DNA from: a virus
Direction: 5' to 3' (one strand)
IMG/VR virus record: IMGVR_UViG_3300036831_000148
Location: 32,001-96,000 of that record
Length of the DNA: 64,000 bases
Below are positions 55,123-64,000 of the stretch, piece by piece. Each line of letters opens with the position of its first letter. The stretch's first letter is position 1. The position numbers and the translations under genes were made by a program. The notes beneath the pieces are model-generated. The model searched no databases, was not told the origin of the DNA, and worked only from the letters and a program-made list of their open reading frames with translations.

Positions 55123-55599
55123 CTACTGCGTCCGGCGGATCGTTCCCGTCTGCCGGGCGAGGTCGCGGATCATCGCCGGGGTGTACCGGCCGCCCTCGGC
55201 GAGCTGCATCAGCCGGGTCGCCGGGCCCGCCTGCGCGAGCTCGGCGGCGATCAGCCGCTCGAACCCCAGCCGGGTCATCACCGCCCACCGGGGCCCGTTC
55301 GGGCCGGTCGCCTGCGCGATGGCGTCAATCAGGTGGTTGATCCTGGAGTGCACCAGGTAGAACGGGTCGGGCGAGGCCCCCTGCGCGGCAAGCTCGGCGA
55401 ACTTGGCCTGGTTCGCGGCCACCAAGTCCTCGAACTGCTGCCCGAGCACCTCCAGGGAGGGAGCCACCGCAGGCGGGGCCGAAGGACCCCGGCTAGGGGG
55501 CGGCGGCACGGCCTGGCGGGGACCCGGCGCAGGGGGCAGAGGGCCGTCGCCGTTGTGGACGCGGTGCGTCTTGCGGTGGTCGCCGTTTTCCTGGCTCAC
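55123..55599 (-). CDS. hypothetical protein
   Basis: 158 aa, SD GAGGAG. Confidence 0.6.
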   Translation of the reverse strand: MSQENGDHRKTHRVHNGDGPLPPAPGPRQAVPPPPSRGPSAPPAVAPSLEVLGQQFEDLVAANQAKFAELAAQGASPDPFYLVHSRINHLIDAIAQATGPNGPRWAVMTRLGFERLIAAELAQAGPATRLMQLAEGGRYTPAMIRDLARQTGTIRRTQ

Positions 55600-55671
55600 G
55601 AGGGCTCCTCACGTTCGGGAAGTTGCCCTCCTCCAATCGCCAGCCCGGATAATCTCCCCCCGGCAGCGCAA

Positions 55672-56331
55672 TCACCCCGCAGGGAAGGCCCGCTCCAGCG
55701 CCACCACCGGTGCCAGTTTCGCGCCCGGCCAGCGGCTCAGCCCCTCAAGCACGCGCAGGGCCTGCTCGGGGGTGACACCGGGCGCGAACCCGGGGGAGAA
55801 GTCCTCCCAGCGCCCGGAGGCTGCCTCCGCAGCCCAGGCGGTCAGCACCGTAACCTGGGCCGGGGTCCAGCCGCGGACCGCCTGCACGAGCAGCGCGGCG
55901 CTGCCCGACTGGGCAGCCTTCAGCGCGGTGGCCACGGCGGTCTTGTCCGCCGCGCCGGCGATCTCCGCCTCCTGGGCGGCGCCCAGTACCAGCAGGCGGC
56001 ACCGGGACATGACGGTCGGCAACAGCGCCCGCTCGGCGGCGAGCACGAACCGGCAGCCCGGCGGAGGCTCCTCCAGGGTCTTCAGCAGCGTGTTCTGCAC
56101 CTGCGCGCCCGCCTTAGCCATGTTCAGCGCGTAAACCCGCACCTGCCCGCCGGGAACCGTCCAGGCGCCGTCCCGGATCTCCCGGGCGGCTGCCGCGTTC
56201 AGTTCGTACCGGTACGTCCAGTTCAGGTCACCGCAGGCTTCCAGCAGAACGACGCCCGCTCCCCGGCCGAGCAGCAGCAGGGTGGGGGGCAGTTCGCGCG
56301 CGAGCGCCTCGCGCGCCTGCTCAGGCGTCAT
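55672..56331 (-). CDS. clamp-loader delta-prime-like subunit (HolB-like)
   Basis: QNTLLKTLEEPP...F.L......LLPTVMSRC. Confidence 0.8.
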   Translation of the reverse strand: MTPEQAREALARELPPTLLLLGRGAGVVLLEACGDLNWTYRYELNAAAAREIRDGAWTVPGGQVRVYALNMAKAGAQVQNTLLKTLEEPPPGCRFVLAAERALLPTVMSRCRLLVLGAAQEAEIAGAADKTAVATALKAAQSGSAALLVQAVRGWTPAQVTVLTAWAAEAASGRWEDFSPGFAPGVTPEQALRVLEGLSRWPGAKLAPVVALERAFPAG

Positions 56332-56521
56332 CCTTCATCTCCTCGTCACGCACCGGCCAGAACTTCCAGTACCCGCCGCGCGTGCGCCCGGAGTGCCAGT
56401 CAGCGGCCGGGGTATCCCGCTTCCAGTGACCAGCATTGTCCTCGCACCGGGCAGTTGACCGCAGCGACGGCTGCGCGCCGCACCTCGGCTGAGAGGGGCT
56501 GTTGTCCACGGCAAGTTTCAC
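56321..56521 (-). CDS. hypothetical protein
   Basis: 66 aa, GTGA coupling. Confidence 0.45.
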   Translation of the reverse strand: MKLAVDNSPSQPRCGAQPSLRSTARCEDNAGHWKRDTPAADWHSGRTRGGYWKFWPVRDEEMKDDA

Positions 56522-57603
56522 GGAGCCACCAGCAGGAACGCCGCCTCGCGGACCGCCTCCAGGTCGGCGGGGCTGACCCCGGGTAGTTTCGCCAGGCCAC
56601 CCAGGGCCTCCTCGAACGCGCGCCACGGGCCGGTCTCCGTCAGGTCCGGCGGGGAGATGGGCTCGGCCTCCAGGCCGTCCAGCAACCGCTCCAGGCCGAA
56701 GATCAGGGCCGCCTTCACCTTGCCGAAGTGCCCGCCCTCGTAGTGGCCGCCCTTGGCCGCGCGGGTCTTCGGGTAGTCACGCATTACCTGCGCGGCGAAG
56801 TCCAGGTACCACTGCCTGCCCGCGGCGGCAAGCGGGTGCCCGGTGTCGGCGAAGGCGGGCAGTACCCGGTTGCCGCGCGAGTCGCGCAGTGCCTTCACCG
56901 CCTCGCGCACCTGCAGGGCGGTAAGCAGCATGCCGCCCAGCTCGAAGCACGCCGGGGGCGGCGCGGGCAGCGGCCTCGGAGCGGTTACCGCGCCGAGCAG
57001 GCCGCGGAGTTCCGCCATCCAGGCCTCGGCCGCTTCCGGGGTGACCTTGAACCTGGCCCGGACCGCCGCCGCGGTCACCGGCTTGCCGGCGCCGTAGCGG
57101 TCGGCGAGCGCGTCAAACAGCGGGAGCACCGGCGCGCGGCCGGGCGGCTCCGGCAGCCGGCGGGAGATCGCGGCGCGCAGCCGCTCCAGGGCCTCGTCGT
57201 CGGCCAGCGACGGATACTGGTCGCTGACGGACGTCATCGCGTCAATAGCCGGGCTCAGGCCGTCCTGGCCCGCCCCCGCGTCAAGCAGCAGCGGCTCGCG
57301 CGCGCTCCGGGCGGCTACCTCGCGCAGCCCCCGGCAGTAGACCGGGACCTGGCCGAGGATGAACGCCTTGAACGAGACCGGCGCGCGCGTGTAGTCGCTG
57401 ACGTGAGCCGGGTTGTACAGGGCGATGACGTCGCGCTTGATGAACTGGCCCAGGATGTACTGGACCCCGTCCTCCACGTCCTGGGGCCTGGCCCCGGGCC
57501 CTAGCCCGCGCCACACCACCCTCTTGATGTCCGGGTAGTAAACCCGGGCAAGCTCGTCGTAGTCGGCAGGGACAGCAGAGACAGCTGAACTCGGAGACGC
57601 CAC
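56518..57603 (-). CDS. putative phage sigma-70 region-2-like factor
   Basis: YDELARVYYPDIKRVV...QDVEDGVQ.I...F......YNP...SFKAFI. Confidence 0.55.
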   Translation of the reverse strand: MASPSSAVSAVPADYDELARVYYPDIKRVVWRGLGPGARPQDVEDGVQYILGQFIKRDVIALYNPAHVSDYTRAPVSFKAFILGQVPVYCRGLREVAARSAREPLLLDAGAGQDGLSPAIDAMTSVSDQYPSLADDEALERLRAAISRRLPEPPGRAPVLPLFDALADRYGAGKPVTAAAVRARFKVTPEAAEAWMAELRGLLGAVTAPRPLPAPPPACFELGGMLLTALQVREAVKALRDSRGNRVLPAFADTGHPLAAAGRQWYLDFAAQVMRDYPKTRAAKGGHYEGGHFGKVKAALIFGLERLLDGLEAEPISPPDLTETGPWRAFEEALGGLAKLPGVSPADLEAVREAAFLLVAP

Positions 57604-57638
57604 ACAGAACTCCCCAACAGAACCTCACCAGTAGGTTG

Positions 57639-57667
57639 AGGTTAGCCCTGTGCTTTACTCCCGTCAA
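57639..57667 (-). promoter_or_regulatory. sigmaA-type promoter with operator variant
   Basis: TTGACG-17-TAACCT; TTGAC-N4-GTAAA. Confidence 0.7.
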
Positions 57668-57685
57668 GTTAACCGGGAGTAAGGC

Positions 57686-58006
57686 CTACCAGACAGCCTG
57701 GTACTCGCGCCGGGCCCGCTCCACGGCCGGCTCGCCGACCGCGATGCGCGAGCCGGGGACATCCAGGGCGCCGTCCGCGCTGGTCTCCACCAGCACGACG
57801 CCGCGCCGGCCCAGGTTGGTGGACAGCAGCGACTTGTAGGCGCACCCGGCAGGCAGCTCGAACGCGCCGCGGGTGAACGTGACGACGGCGGGCACCACCT
57901 CGCCGCCCCTGAGACCGTCGGCGGCGGCGGTGCCGGTCAGTTCCTCGGCCACCCGCCACTTCCGCCCGCCGCCGAACAACTCGTCCCACGCGCGGGTGGT
58001 CGCCAT
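57686..58006 (-). CDS. hypothetical protein
   Basis: 106 aa, TGATG coupling. Confidence 0.55.
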   Translation of the reverse strand: MATTRAWDELFGGGRKWRVAEELTGTAAADGLRGGEVVPAVVTFTRGAFELPAGCAYKSLLSTNLGRRGVVLVETSADGALDVPGSRIAVGEPAVERARREYQAVW

Positions 58007-58275
58007 CAGTCCTCCAGGGGGTCGCGCACCGTGAAGCGGTCCTCCGATGCCTGCCTGCGGAACTGGGTATCGGCGACCCGGCGCGCCAGGTCCTGCTGCC
58101 GCTCAGCCGGGCGCTCCTGCTCGCGCCAGCGCTCGTACTCGGCGGCGGCGTCCAGCGCGGAACCCGGGTCGGACCGGTACAGCGCGGCCCACTTCTCGCA
58201 GGCCAGCAAGTGAATGACCATGGCCGCCAGCTCGCCGGACTCCTGGCACCCGGCGCAGCGGCCCTGCGCCCTCAC
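58006..58275 (-). CDS. hypothetical zinc-finger protein
   Basis: CAGC...H...C. Confidence 0.5.
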   Translation of the reverse strand: MRAQGRCAGCQESGELAAMVIHLLACEKWAALYRSDPGSALDAAAEYERWREQERPAERQQDLARRVADTQFRRQASEDRFTVRDPLED

Positions 58276-58324
58276 GGGGCCTGGCCCGCGCGACAGTGCC
58301 CGCTGCTCTTGCTCACGTCTTTTC

Positions 58325-58576
58325 CTACGCCCGGCTGAGCAGCTCCGAGAGGAGCGCGGGCACTGACCGGCGGACCTTCTCCCGGTCGACGTGCTTGCAC
58401 AGCCCGTCTGCACGTGCAGCGTGACGGCAGCCGGGGCAGGTGCACGACCAGCTCCCGTCCGGGTACCGGGAGACCCGGTACTCCAGGCCCGGCTCGCTGT
58501 CGGAGGGGACCATGACCTCGGCCACCATGCCGGAGACACGGCGGCCGGGGGGCTCGGCGGAAACGGAAACCCTCAC
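58325..58576 (-). CDS. SWIM zinc-finger protein
   Basis: WSCTCP...CKH. Confidence 0.7.
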   Translation of the reverse strand: MRVSVSAEPPGRRVSGMVAEVMVPSDSEPGLEYRVSRYPDGSWSCTCPGCRHAARADGLCKHVDREKVRRSVPALLSELLSRA

Positions 58577-58860
58577 GTGACGGGATCCGGCGCGGCCGGA
58601 AACGCCCCGGTCAGCATCGGGGACGGGCCAGTCGAGTAAGCCACCGGGCCGCCCGGCGTCCCGCTGAGGTGGCCGGGGACGCCGGGCATGACCACGGTGA
58701 CGGAGGTCGGCCGGGCGGCCCGCTGCTCGGCGACCGCGTGCACCGCGTCCCGGGTCAGCCCGGCCATCTCCTGGTCCGGCCAGTGCTTGATCATCGCGGT
58801 AAACATCGGCGCGCGCGGGTCCAGGGGCCACGGCACGCTCTTGTCCAGGGGATCCACCAT
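58573..58860 (-). CDS. hypothetical protein
   Basis: 95 aa. Confidence 0.5.
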   Translation of the reverse strand: MVDPLDKSVPWPLDPRAPMFTAMIKHWPDQEMAGLTRDAVHAVAEQRAARPTSVTVVMPGVPGHLSGTPGGPVAYSTGPSPMLTGAFPAAPDPVT

Positions 58861-58875
58861 GGAATCACCCTACGG

Positions 58876-59262
58876 TCAGGCCTCGGCAGCCGGCGCGGGC
58901 TCCGCTTCCCGGGCCTCAGCCTCCTGCCGCTCCAGGTCCGCCATCAGGGCGGCCGTCTGGCCCTGGGGGATGTCCAGGCCGGTGTGCTCGCAGTACAGCA
59001 AGACCGACGGGCTCGCGCCGGCCGCGTCCGCTGCCTGGCGGCACTCCTCGCACTGCAGACGGCGCATCCGGGCCACCTCGATGTTCTGCACCACGTAGGC
59101 TGCGGGGCGCACACCCGACCCGGGGATCATGTGGATGCTAGCGAACTTCCACTCCTCCAGGGCCATCTGGAAGATGCGCTGCCGCGACACGCGCAGCAGC
59201 ACCCCCGCCCGCGGCAGGCTGGACCATCCGAGCAGGACGGGAATCTGTTCCTTGGTCTTCAC
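58876..59262 (-). CDS. putative HTH DNA-binding protein
   Basis: SLPRAGVLLRVSRQRIFQM helix-turn-helix; SD AAGGAG. Confidence 0.6.
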   Translation of the reverse strand: MKTKEQIPVLLGWSSLPRAGVLLRVSRQRIFQMALEEWKFASIHMIPGSGVRPAAYVVQNIEVARMRRLQCEECRQAADAAGASPSVLLYCEHTGLDIPQGQTAALMADLERQEAEAREAEPAPAAEA

Positions 59263-59346
59263 GGTCTTCTCCTTATCCCGCCAGGGCGGGCCGTTTCCTG
59301 TTTCCCTCCTATAAGCTTAACCCGAGTCAAGTTTATTCCGCTAGTG

Positions 59347-59868
59347 TCAGAACGCCCGGCTCATGATCTTCTTGCACTTCTCCAGCCACAGGGTGCACTG
59401 CTCCTCCGTGCGTACCAGGCGCAGCAGGCCAAGCAGGAACGCCAGCCGGCGGGAAACCTGGTCGTCGTACTGCCGGGTAGCCCAGTCCGGGCAGTTGGCC
59501 GCGCACCAGGTGCGCAGCGCGGCGGCCAGGTCGTCAAGCGCGGGCTCGGGCTCGCGGGCCGCCTGGTCCCACAGGTGGGCATAGCCCGGCGGCGCGTAGC
59601 CGACTTTCTTCAGCGCCCGGATGGCGGCCGACTCGCGGTCCATGTCCCAGACCTCGGCCAGCAGGGTGACGGCGCTGAACCGCCTCCGCTCGGCGTAGCA
59701 GTACGCGTGCCCGTCGTAGACGCGCATCGCCCCGCCCTCGCCGCAGGCCGGGCACCGGGCACGCAGCCCGCGGTCGCGCGAGTCAGCGCCCAGCCCGGCC
59801 CACTGCGCGGCCCGGGAGAAGGGCACCCGCTCGTTGGCGATGGCGGCCAGTGGCCGCGGGCCGCCCAC
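59347..59868 (-). CDS. primase-type zinc-binding domain protein
   Basis: RARCP...AMRVY..HAYCYA; directly after dnaB. Confidence 0.55.
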   Translation of the reverse strand: MGGPRPLAAIANERVPFSRAAQWAGLGADSRDRGLRARCPACGEGGAMRVYDGHAYCYAERRRFSAVTLLAEVWDMDRESAAIRALKKVGYAPPGYAHLWDQAAREPEPALDDLAAALRTWCAANCPDWATRQYDDQVSRRLAFLLGLLRLVRTEEQCTLWLEKCKKIMSRAF

Positions 59869-59869
59869 G

Positions 59870-61315
59870 CTATCCGTCCAGGCCGAGGTAGTCCCCGCCC
59901 GCCTCGTCCCGGTCAGTGAAGCAACTGGTGGCGAAGTCGGCGGTCAGCGGGAACCGCTTGCCGCGCGGCCCGTCGCGGTTCTTCAGCACCGTCACCTCCA
60001 GGGGGGTGCGGCGCCCGAAAGAGCGGTCCTCGTCGGCATTGGACAGCGCCAGCACCACGCCCGGCGTCCGGCTGGCCTCGTCGGTGGCCGACAGGTCGTC
60101 CAGGGAGAAGCCGCCGCTCACCTTCATCTGCTTGCGTCCCTCCCGGCTGGACTGCCACGGGGTGATGAGGGGGACGCCGCGCCCGTCCATGAACGTCTGC
60201 GCCCAGCGGTGGGCCGCCTTGATGATCCCGGCGAGCGTCTCGTACTCGCGCGCGTCGCGCCCGGCCCGCTCCGGGCTGAACAACTGCAGGTAATCGACGA
60301 CGACCAGGTCCGGCGGCACCGACCGGGCGATGGCGGCGGCGCGCGCGGCCATCACCGACACCGTGCACCGCTGCGGCATCTGCACCACGTTGAGCTGCCC
60401 GTAAGGGCCGTTCTTCAGGTCGGCGAGCACGGCGACCAGGGCGCTCTCCTCGCCCTCGGTGAGCCGCCCGCCGCGGATGGCGGCGCTGTTGATGCCCTCG
60501 GGCAGGCCGAACTTCGGCAGCCTGGAGTGCCGGGCGGCGATCTTCACGCGCAGCGCGGAGCGGAGCTGCTCGGTGGTGAACACCAGGACGTTGCGGCCTT
60601 CCATCACCGCGTTATGCCAGGCGGTCTGCACGCACAGGGACGACTTGCCCGCCGTGGTGCCGGCCATGACCACGGCCATCTCCCCGTCGCCCAGCCCGCC
60701 GTCCAGGTAGTCGTCCAGGGACTTGAGGCCGAACTGGATGCCGGGGACCTTGCCGGACACCCGCAGTTGCTTAGCCGCCACGTAGGCGGCCAGGATGTCG
60801 TCGCCCTCGCCGGTGACGTTGCCGCCGGGGCTGTCGGAGGCGCCGCCGGCCCGCTCGGCGTCGGCGAAGGACGCCAGCACGTACTCGCGCGCGTCGGCGT
60901 GCCCGGACAGCACCCGGCCGTCGTCCAGCCGGACCTCGTCGCGCATGATCTGCATCCCGGTAGCCAGCGCGTCCCCGGTCGCCCGGTCGGCGGCCAGGTC
61001 GCGGAGCTGGTCAACCGAGTGCCTGAACTCGTGCGGCTCAGGAGCCAGCGCGGCCATGGCGTCGTACGCCTCCCCGTACATCAGGGAGGTCCCCGGCCGC
61101 TTGCCGCGCAGCAGGTCGCTGAGCGCCTTGCGGCTCATGATCCCGCCGTACTGGTCCATGTACCAGACAAGCAGCAGGAACAGCTTGCGCTGCACCGGGT
61201 CGGTGAAGTGCTCCTCCTCCAGGCGGGCTGACGCGTACTCCAGGGCCTTCACCGACCCGGTGCCCGCCACCACGGCGGACAGGACGGTCCTCGCGTGCGC
61301 TACCGCGTCGGCCAT
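59870..61315 (-). CDS. dnaB: DnaB-like replicative helicase
   Basis: AGTTAGKS, FTTE, VVDYLQL, KNRDGP. Confidence 0.85.
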   Translation of the reverse strand: MADAVAHARTVLSAVVAGTGSVKALEYASARLEEEHFTDPVQRKLFLLLVWYMDQYGGIMSRKALSDLLRGKRPGTSLMYGEAYDAMAALAPEPHEFRHSVDQLRDLAADRATGDALATGMQIMRDEVRLDDGRVLSGHADAREYVLASFADAERAGGASDSPGGNVTGEGDDILAAYVAAKQLRVSGKVPGIQFGLKSLDDYLDGGLGDGEMAVVMAGTTAGKSSLCVQTAWHNAVMEGRNVLVFTTEQLRSALRVKIAARHSRLPKFGLPEGINSAAIRGGRLTEGEESALVAVLADLKNGPYGQLNVVQMPQRCTVSVMAARAAAIARSVPPDLVVVDYLQLFSPERAGRDAREYETLAGIIKAAHRWAQTFMDGRGVPLITPWQSSREGRKQMKVSGGFSLDDLSATDEASRTPGVVLALSNADEDRSFGRRTPLEVTVLKNRDGPRGKRFPLTADFATSCFTDRDEAGGDYLGLDG

Positions 61316-62820
61316 CAGGCAGCCTCGTCCCGCTCGGCTGCCAGGCGGCTGAGGATGACGTGCATGCCGTAGAGCGCCTGCTGAGGGACCACCCCGTTGC
61401 CGAGCAGCTTCAGCTTCGCGCTGCGCGACAGGCGGGGCACGCCGGTGACGTGCCCCTCGGGCAGGCCCATCATCCACTCCACGAACACCGGGGACAGGGT
61501 GCGGTTCCCGCTGCGGCCGACGGCCAGCGGGTACGGGGCCGCGCGGCCGAACACCCGCTGCCAGCGCCGCACCGCCGCCGCGTACTTCCCCCAGTCAACC
61601 TCCGGCTCGGCGGCGACCGAGATCGCCAGGCCGGGCAGCAGGAGCTCGCCGCCGCGCTCGCCGCCCCGGCTGTGGTGCCCGCCGACGCCGTCGGAGGCTG
61701 AGGGCGAGGGCAGCAGGTCGTCCACCACCCCGTCCAGCAGCGGCCCGGTCAGGCTCTCCCTGCGCCGGTGGGTGGCGTTCGGGGTGGGCAGCAGGTCTTC
61801 TTCCGGCAGGTTCTCCACCTCGTCGGCCAGGGTCGGCCCGTGCCCGCCGGCCCGGCGCTTGTCCGGGTGCTGGCTGCCGCCGTTCACCGCCAACTGGGCG
61901 GTGGGCGTCTTCAGCAGGGAGATCGCCTCCACCAGGGTCCCGCCTTCGCGGCCCTTGGCGTCAGTGACCAGCCCGGCGTTACTGCCGAGGGTGGCCGACG
62001 GGGTGGGCAGCAGGCCAGCGACCGCGGCGGGCAGGTCATTGTCGCCCTCGGTGCGCTCGCGGCCGGACGGGCGCGGCTCCCGGTCCCCGGGGTTCCCGTC
62101 GCCCTTGAAGTCGGTGGCGCCCGGAGTGGGCAGCAGCGCGCCCAGCAGGGTCGGGTTGCCGCGCACGTACACGGTGCTGGCCCGGTCCCCGTCGGCGGCC
62201 ACCGGCGTCGGCAGCAGGCCGGCGACCGCCGGGCCCAGGTCGTCGCCGTGCCTGCCGTTCAGGGTGGACGGCGACGGGGCCGTGGTAGAGCTGCCGCCGC
62301 TCACCCGCGGGGTGGGCAGCAGTTCACGGGGAACCTGGCCGCTGGCGAGCTCCAGCGCCTGCTCCAGGCCGAGGCCGCTAGCCGCGCCGCGGGGGGTGCG
62401 TCCGTAGCGCTCGGCGTTGGCCCCGGTCAGCGCGGCGCGCGAGTTCCGGTTGCCGCCTCCGACCCGCGGCGTGGGCAGCAGCCCGTCTTCAGCGTCCTGC
62501 AGTGTCTGCGCGACCACGGCGAGACTGGAGATGGTGTAGCGCGGCCCGCCCGGCAGGGCGGCGCGCATCGCCAGGTGCCCTTCCGGGCTCTTGCCGTCGT
62601 CATGCGCGCACGGCGTGGGCGGCAACTGGCCAGGCGAGGATGAAGACCCGCTCCCGCCGGTGGCACCCGCCGATGTCGGCTGCGGAAACAACTTGCCACT
62701 CCGCATCGAACCCGAGGTCGGAAAGGTCGCCGAGAACGGCACCAAGTGCCCGCAGAGGCCGAGCTGTGGAGTCTCCCACACACACCTCGCAGGGTTCCAC
62801 ACCGCTATGAGCCCTAGCAC
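61315..62820 (-). CDS. C5 cytosine methyltransferase, C-terminal part with LLPTP repeats
   Basis: 9 LLPTP-type repeats; LSPVFVEWMMGLP (IX), LGNGVVP (X). Confidence 0.75.
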   Translation of the reverse strand: MLGLIAVWNPARCVWETPQLGLCGHLVPFSATFPTSGSMRSGKLFPQPTSAGATGGSGSSSSPGQLPPTPCAHDDGKSPEGHLAMRAALPGGPRYTISSLAVVAQTLQDAEDGLLPTPRVGGGNRNSRAALTGANAERYGRTPRGAASGLGLEQALELASGQVPRELLPTPRVSGGSSTTAPSPSTLNGRHGDDLGPAVAGLLPTPVAADGDRASTVYVRGNPTLLGALLPTPGATDFKGDGNPGDREPRPSGRERTEGDNDLPAAVAGLLPTPSATLGSNAGLVTDAKGREGGTLVEAISLLKTPTAQLAVNGGSQHPDKRRAGGHGPTLADEVENLPEEDLLPTPNATHRRRESLTGPLLDGVVDDLLPSPSASDGVGGHHSRGGERGGELLLPGLAISVAAEPEVDWGKYAAAVRRWQRVFGRAAPYPLAVGRSGNRTLSPVFVEWMMGLPEGHVTGVPRLSRSAKLKLLGNGVVPQQALYGMHVILSRLAAERDEAA

Positions 62821-63175
62821 TGAACAGACCCCTCACGTTCTCGATCACGACCAGGTCAGGATGCAGGATGCCGATCGCCCTGGCCATGTGGTACCAGGCG
62901 CCGCTGCGGTTGCCCGGAAGCAGCCCGCCGCGCATCCCGGACACTGATACGTCCTGGCAGGGAAACCCGCCCGCCAGGATGCTGACCGGCGGGACCTGCG
63001 TCCAGTCCACCTTGCCGATGTCTCCCAGGTTGGGCACGCCCGGGTAGCGGGCGGCGAGCACGGCGGAGGCGTCCGGGTCGTTGTCGGCGACCCAGGCGAC
63101 CTCGGCGCCGAACATCGCGCAGACCGCCGCGTCCAGGCCGCCGTAGCCGCTGCAGACGCTGCCAACGGTGGTCAC
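62600..63175 (-). CDS. C5 cytosine methyltransferase, N-terminal catalytic part
   Basis: SVCSGYGG (I), GFPCQD (IV), ENV (VI), HRRERVF (VIII). Confidence 0.85.
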   Translation of the reverse strand: MTTVGSVCSGYGGLDAAVCAMFGAEVAWVADNDPDASAVLAARYPGVPNLGDIGKVDWTQVPPVSILAGGFPCQDVSVSGMRGGLLPGNRSGAWYHMARAIGILHPDLVVIENVRGLFSARAHSGVEPCEVCVGDSTARPLRALGAVLGDLSDLGFDAEWQVVSAADIGGCHRRERVFILAWPVAAHAVRA

Positions 63176-63178
63176 CGG

Positions 63179-63739
63179 CTACTCCGGCAGGCGGAAGGCC
63201 CGGACGCGCGAGCCGGGGGAAAACGGGACCTGGTTGCCGGCCACGCCGGTAAGGATGACTCTCATGCCCGTTGCTACGTCCGGGACGCCGGCGACCGCCT
63301 CGCGGGCGGTCACCGTCTCCGGGGGGCAGGCCACCCGGCCGACGTCCACCACCATGTCGCCCGGCCTCACGGCCTCTACCGGGCAGGTGGTCCAGGACCG
63401 CCCGTGGTGATCGATCGAGATGCGCGGGCGGCGGAACGGCGGCGGAATCACCCTGCGCGTGGCGGGCATGCTCGGCAGGCTGTCTCCGCTGAACGTGGTC
63501 CGCCGGGCCGCCTCCGCCTTGCTGATGGGCACCAGGTCCTCGGCGTGCAGCGGCTGCGCGGCAACTGCGGTCTGCCGGTCCACCTGCTCCAGGGCCGCGT
63601 CCGACATGAACGCCTCCACCGGGGGCACGTCTTTCAGCTTCCCCTCCCGGTAGGCGTCTACGTCACGCCCGAGGCTGTCGGGTATCTCCAGCATGTGCGC
63701 CGGCCTGTCCGCCATGAACCCTCCCGTGGTCGGGTCCAC
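63179..63739 (-). CDS. hypothetical protein
   Basis: 186 aa ORF. Confidence 0.5.
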   Translation of the reverse strand: MDPTTGGFMADRPAHMLEIPDSLGRDVDAYREGKLKDVPPVEAFMSDAALEQVDRQTAVAAQPLHAEDLVPISKAEAARRTTFSGDSLPSMPATRRVIPPPFRRPRISIDHHGRSWTTCPVEAVRPGDMVVDVGRVACPPETVTAREAVAGVPDVATGMRVILTGVAGNQVPFSPGSRVRAFRLPE

Positions 63740-63983
63740 GATCGGTGGCGACGACGCAGCGGCCCCGCGCGGTGCGGACGACCAGCCCGCACCCGGAGCA
63801 CACCCCTTTCTTCCAAATCCATGCGAACTGGCCGGCCGGCGAGACGAACTTACCGCCGGACGCCGGCTCCACGCGGACCTCCGGGCTGGGCTCGTACACC
63901 TCGCGCAGCGAGATCCCTACCGAGGCCCCGCCCGCGGCCCGGCACTCGTGCCGGACCACCCGCCAGAACGGCAGCGCCAGCAT
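63663..63983 (-). CDS. hypothetical protein (may extend beyond window)
   Basis: ORF with Cys/His motif. Confidence 0.4.
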   Translation of the reverse strand: MLALPFWRVVRHECRAAGGASVGISLREVYEPSPEVRVEPASGGKFVSPAGQFAWIWKKGVCSGCGLVVRTARGRCVVATDRGPDHGRVHGGQAGAHAGDTRQPRA

Positions 63984-64000
63984 GCCGGGCGGGTCCTGCT

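Noticed and set aside
1-64000. Integrase, att sites, tape measure or tail tube genes
   Set aside because: None recognised in the window, so lifestyle and tail type cannot be assigned.

Overview
This window is a 64-kb segment of a large, GC-rich tailed phage (or phage-like element) of an actinomycete. Almost all genes are on the minus strand. Left to right it contains: (1) a head module with adaptor, fibre-like proteins, major capsid, decoration, Mu-I-like protease/scaffold, MuF-like protein and portal; (2) a ~6.7-kb array of 38 tRNA genes covering all 20 amino acids, interleaved with structured spacers, three circularly permuted anticodon-less tRNA-like modules, a LAGLIDADG endonuclease and small ORFs; (3) a GntR regulator and the terminase large subunit; (4) a glycosyltransferase/epimerase cassette; (5) a replication/recombination block with DnaX, HolA/HolB-like subunits, beta clamp, family A polymerase, DnaB, SSB, RecA, RusA, split SbcC plus SbcD, MazG-like, NADAR, a B12 radical SAM fusion, a GH25 endolysin, a sigma-like protein and a split C5 methyltransferase. 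The strongest candidate for a new system is a ribosome-dependent attenuator in front of the tRNA array: a 36-codon leader peptide using 18 amino acids and 27 different codons, followed by overlapping antiterminator and terminator hairpins. This would switch the array on when almost any host tRNA is depleted. Other notable signals are non-canonical tRNAs (8/4-fold Ser with AGA anticodon, a Gln-like body with ATG anticodon, C33 in 7 tRNAs), TTA codons found only at apparent protein ends, two leaderless phage promoter classes, and a TTGAC-N4-GTCAA operator regulon. All calls were made by eye from motifs; no database search was run.
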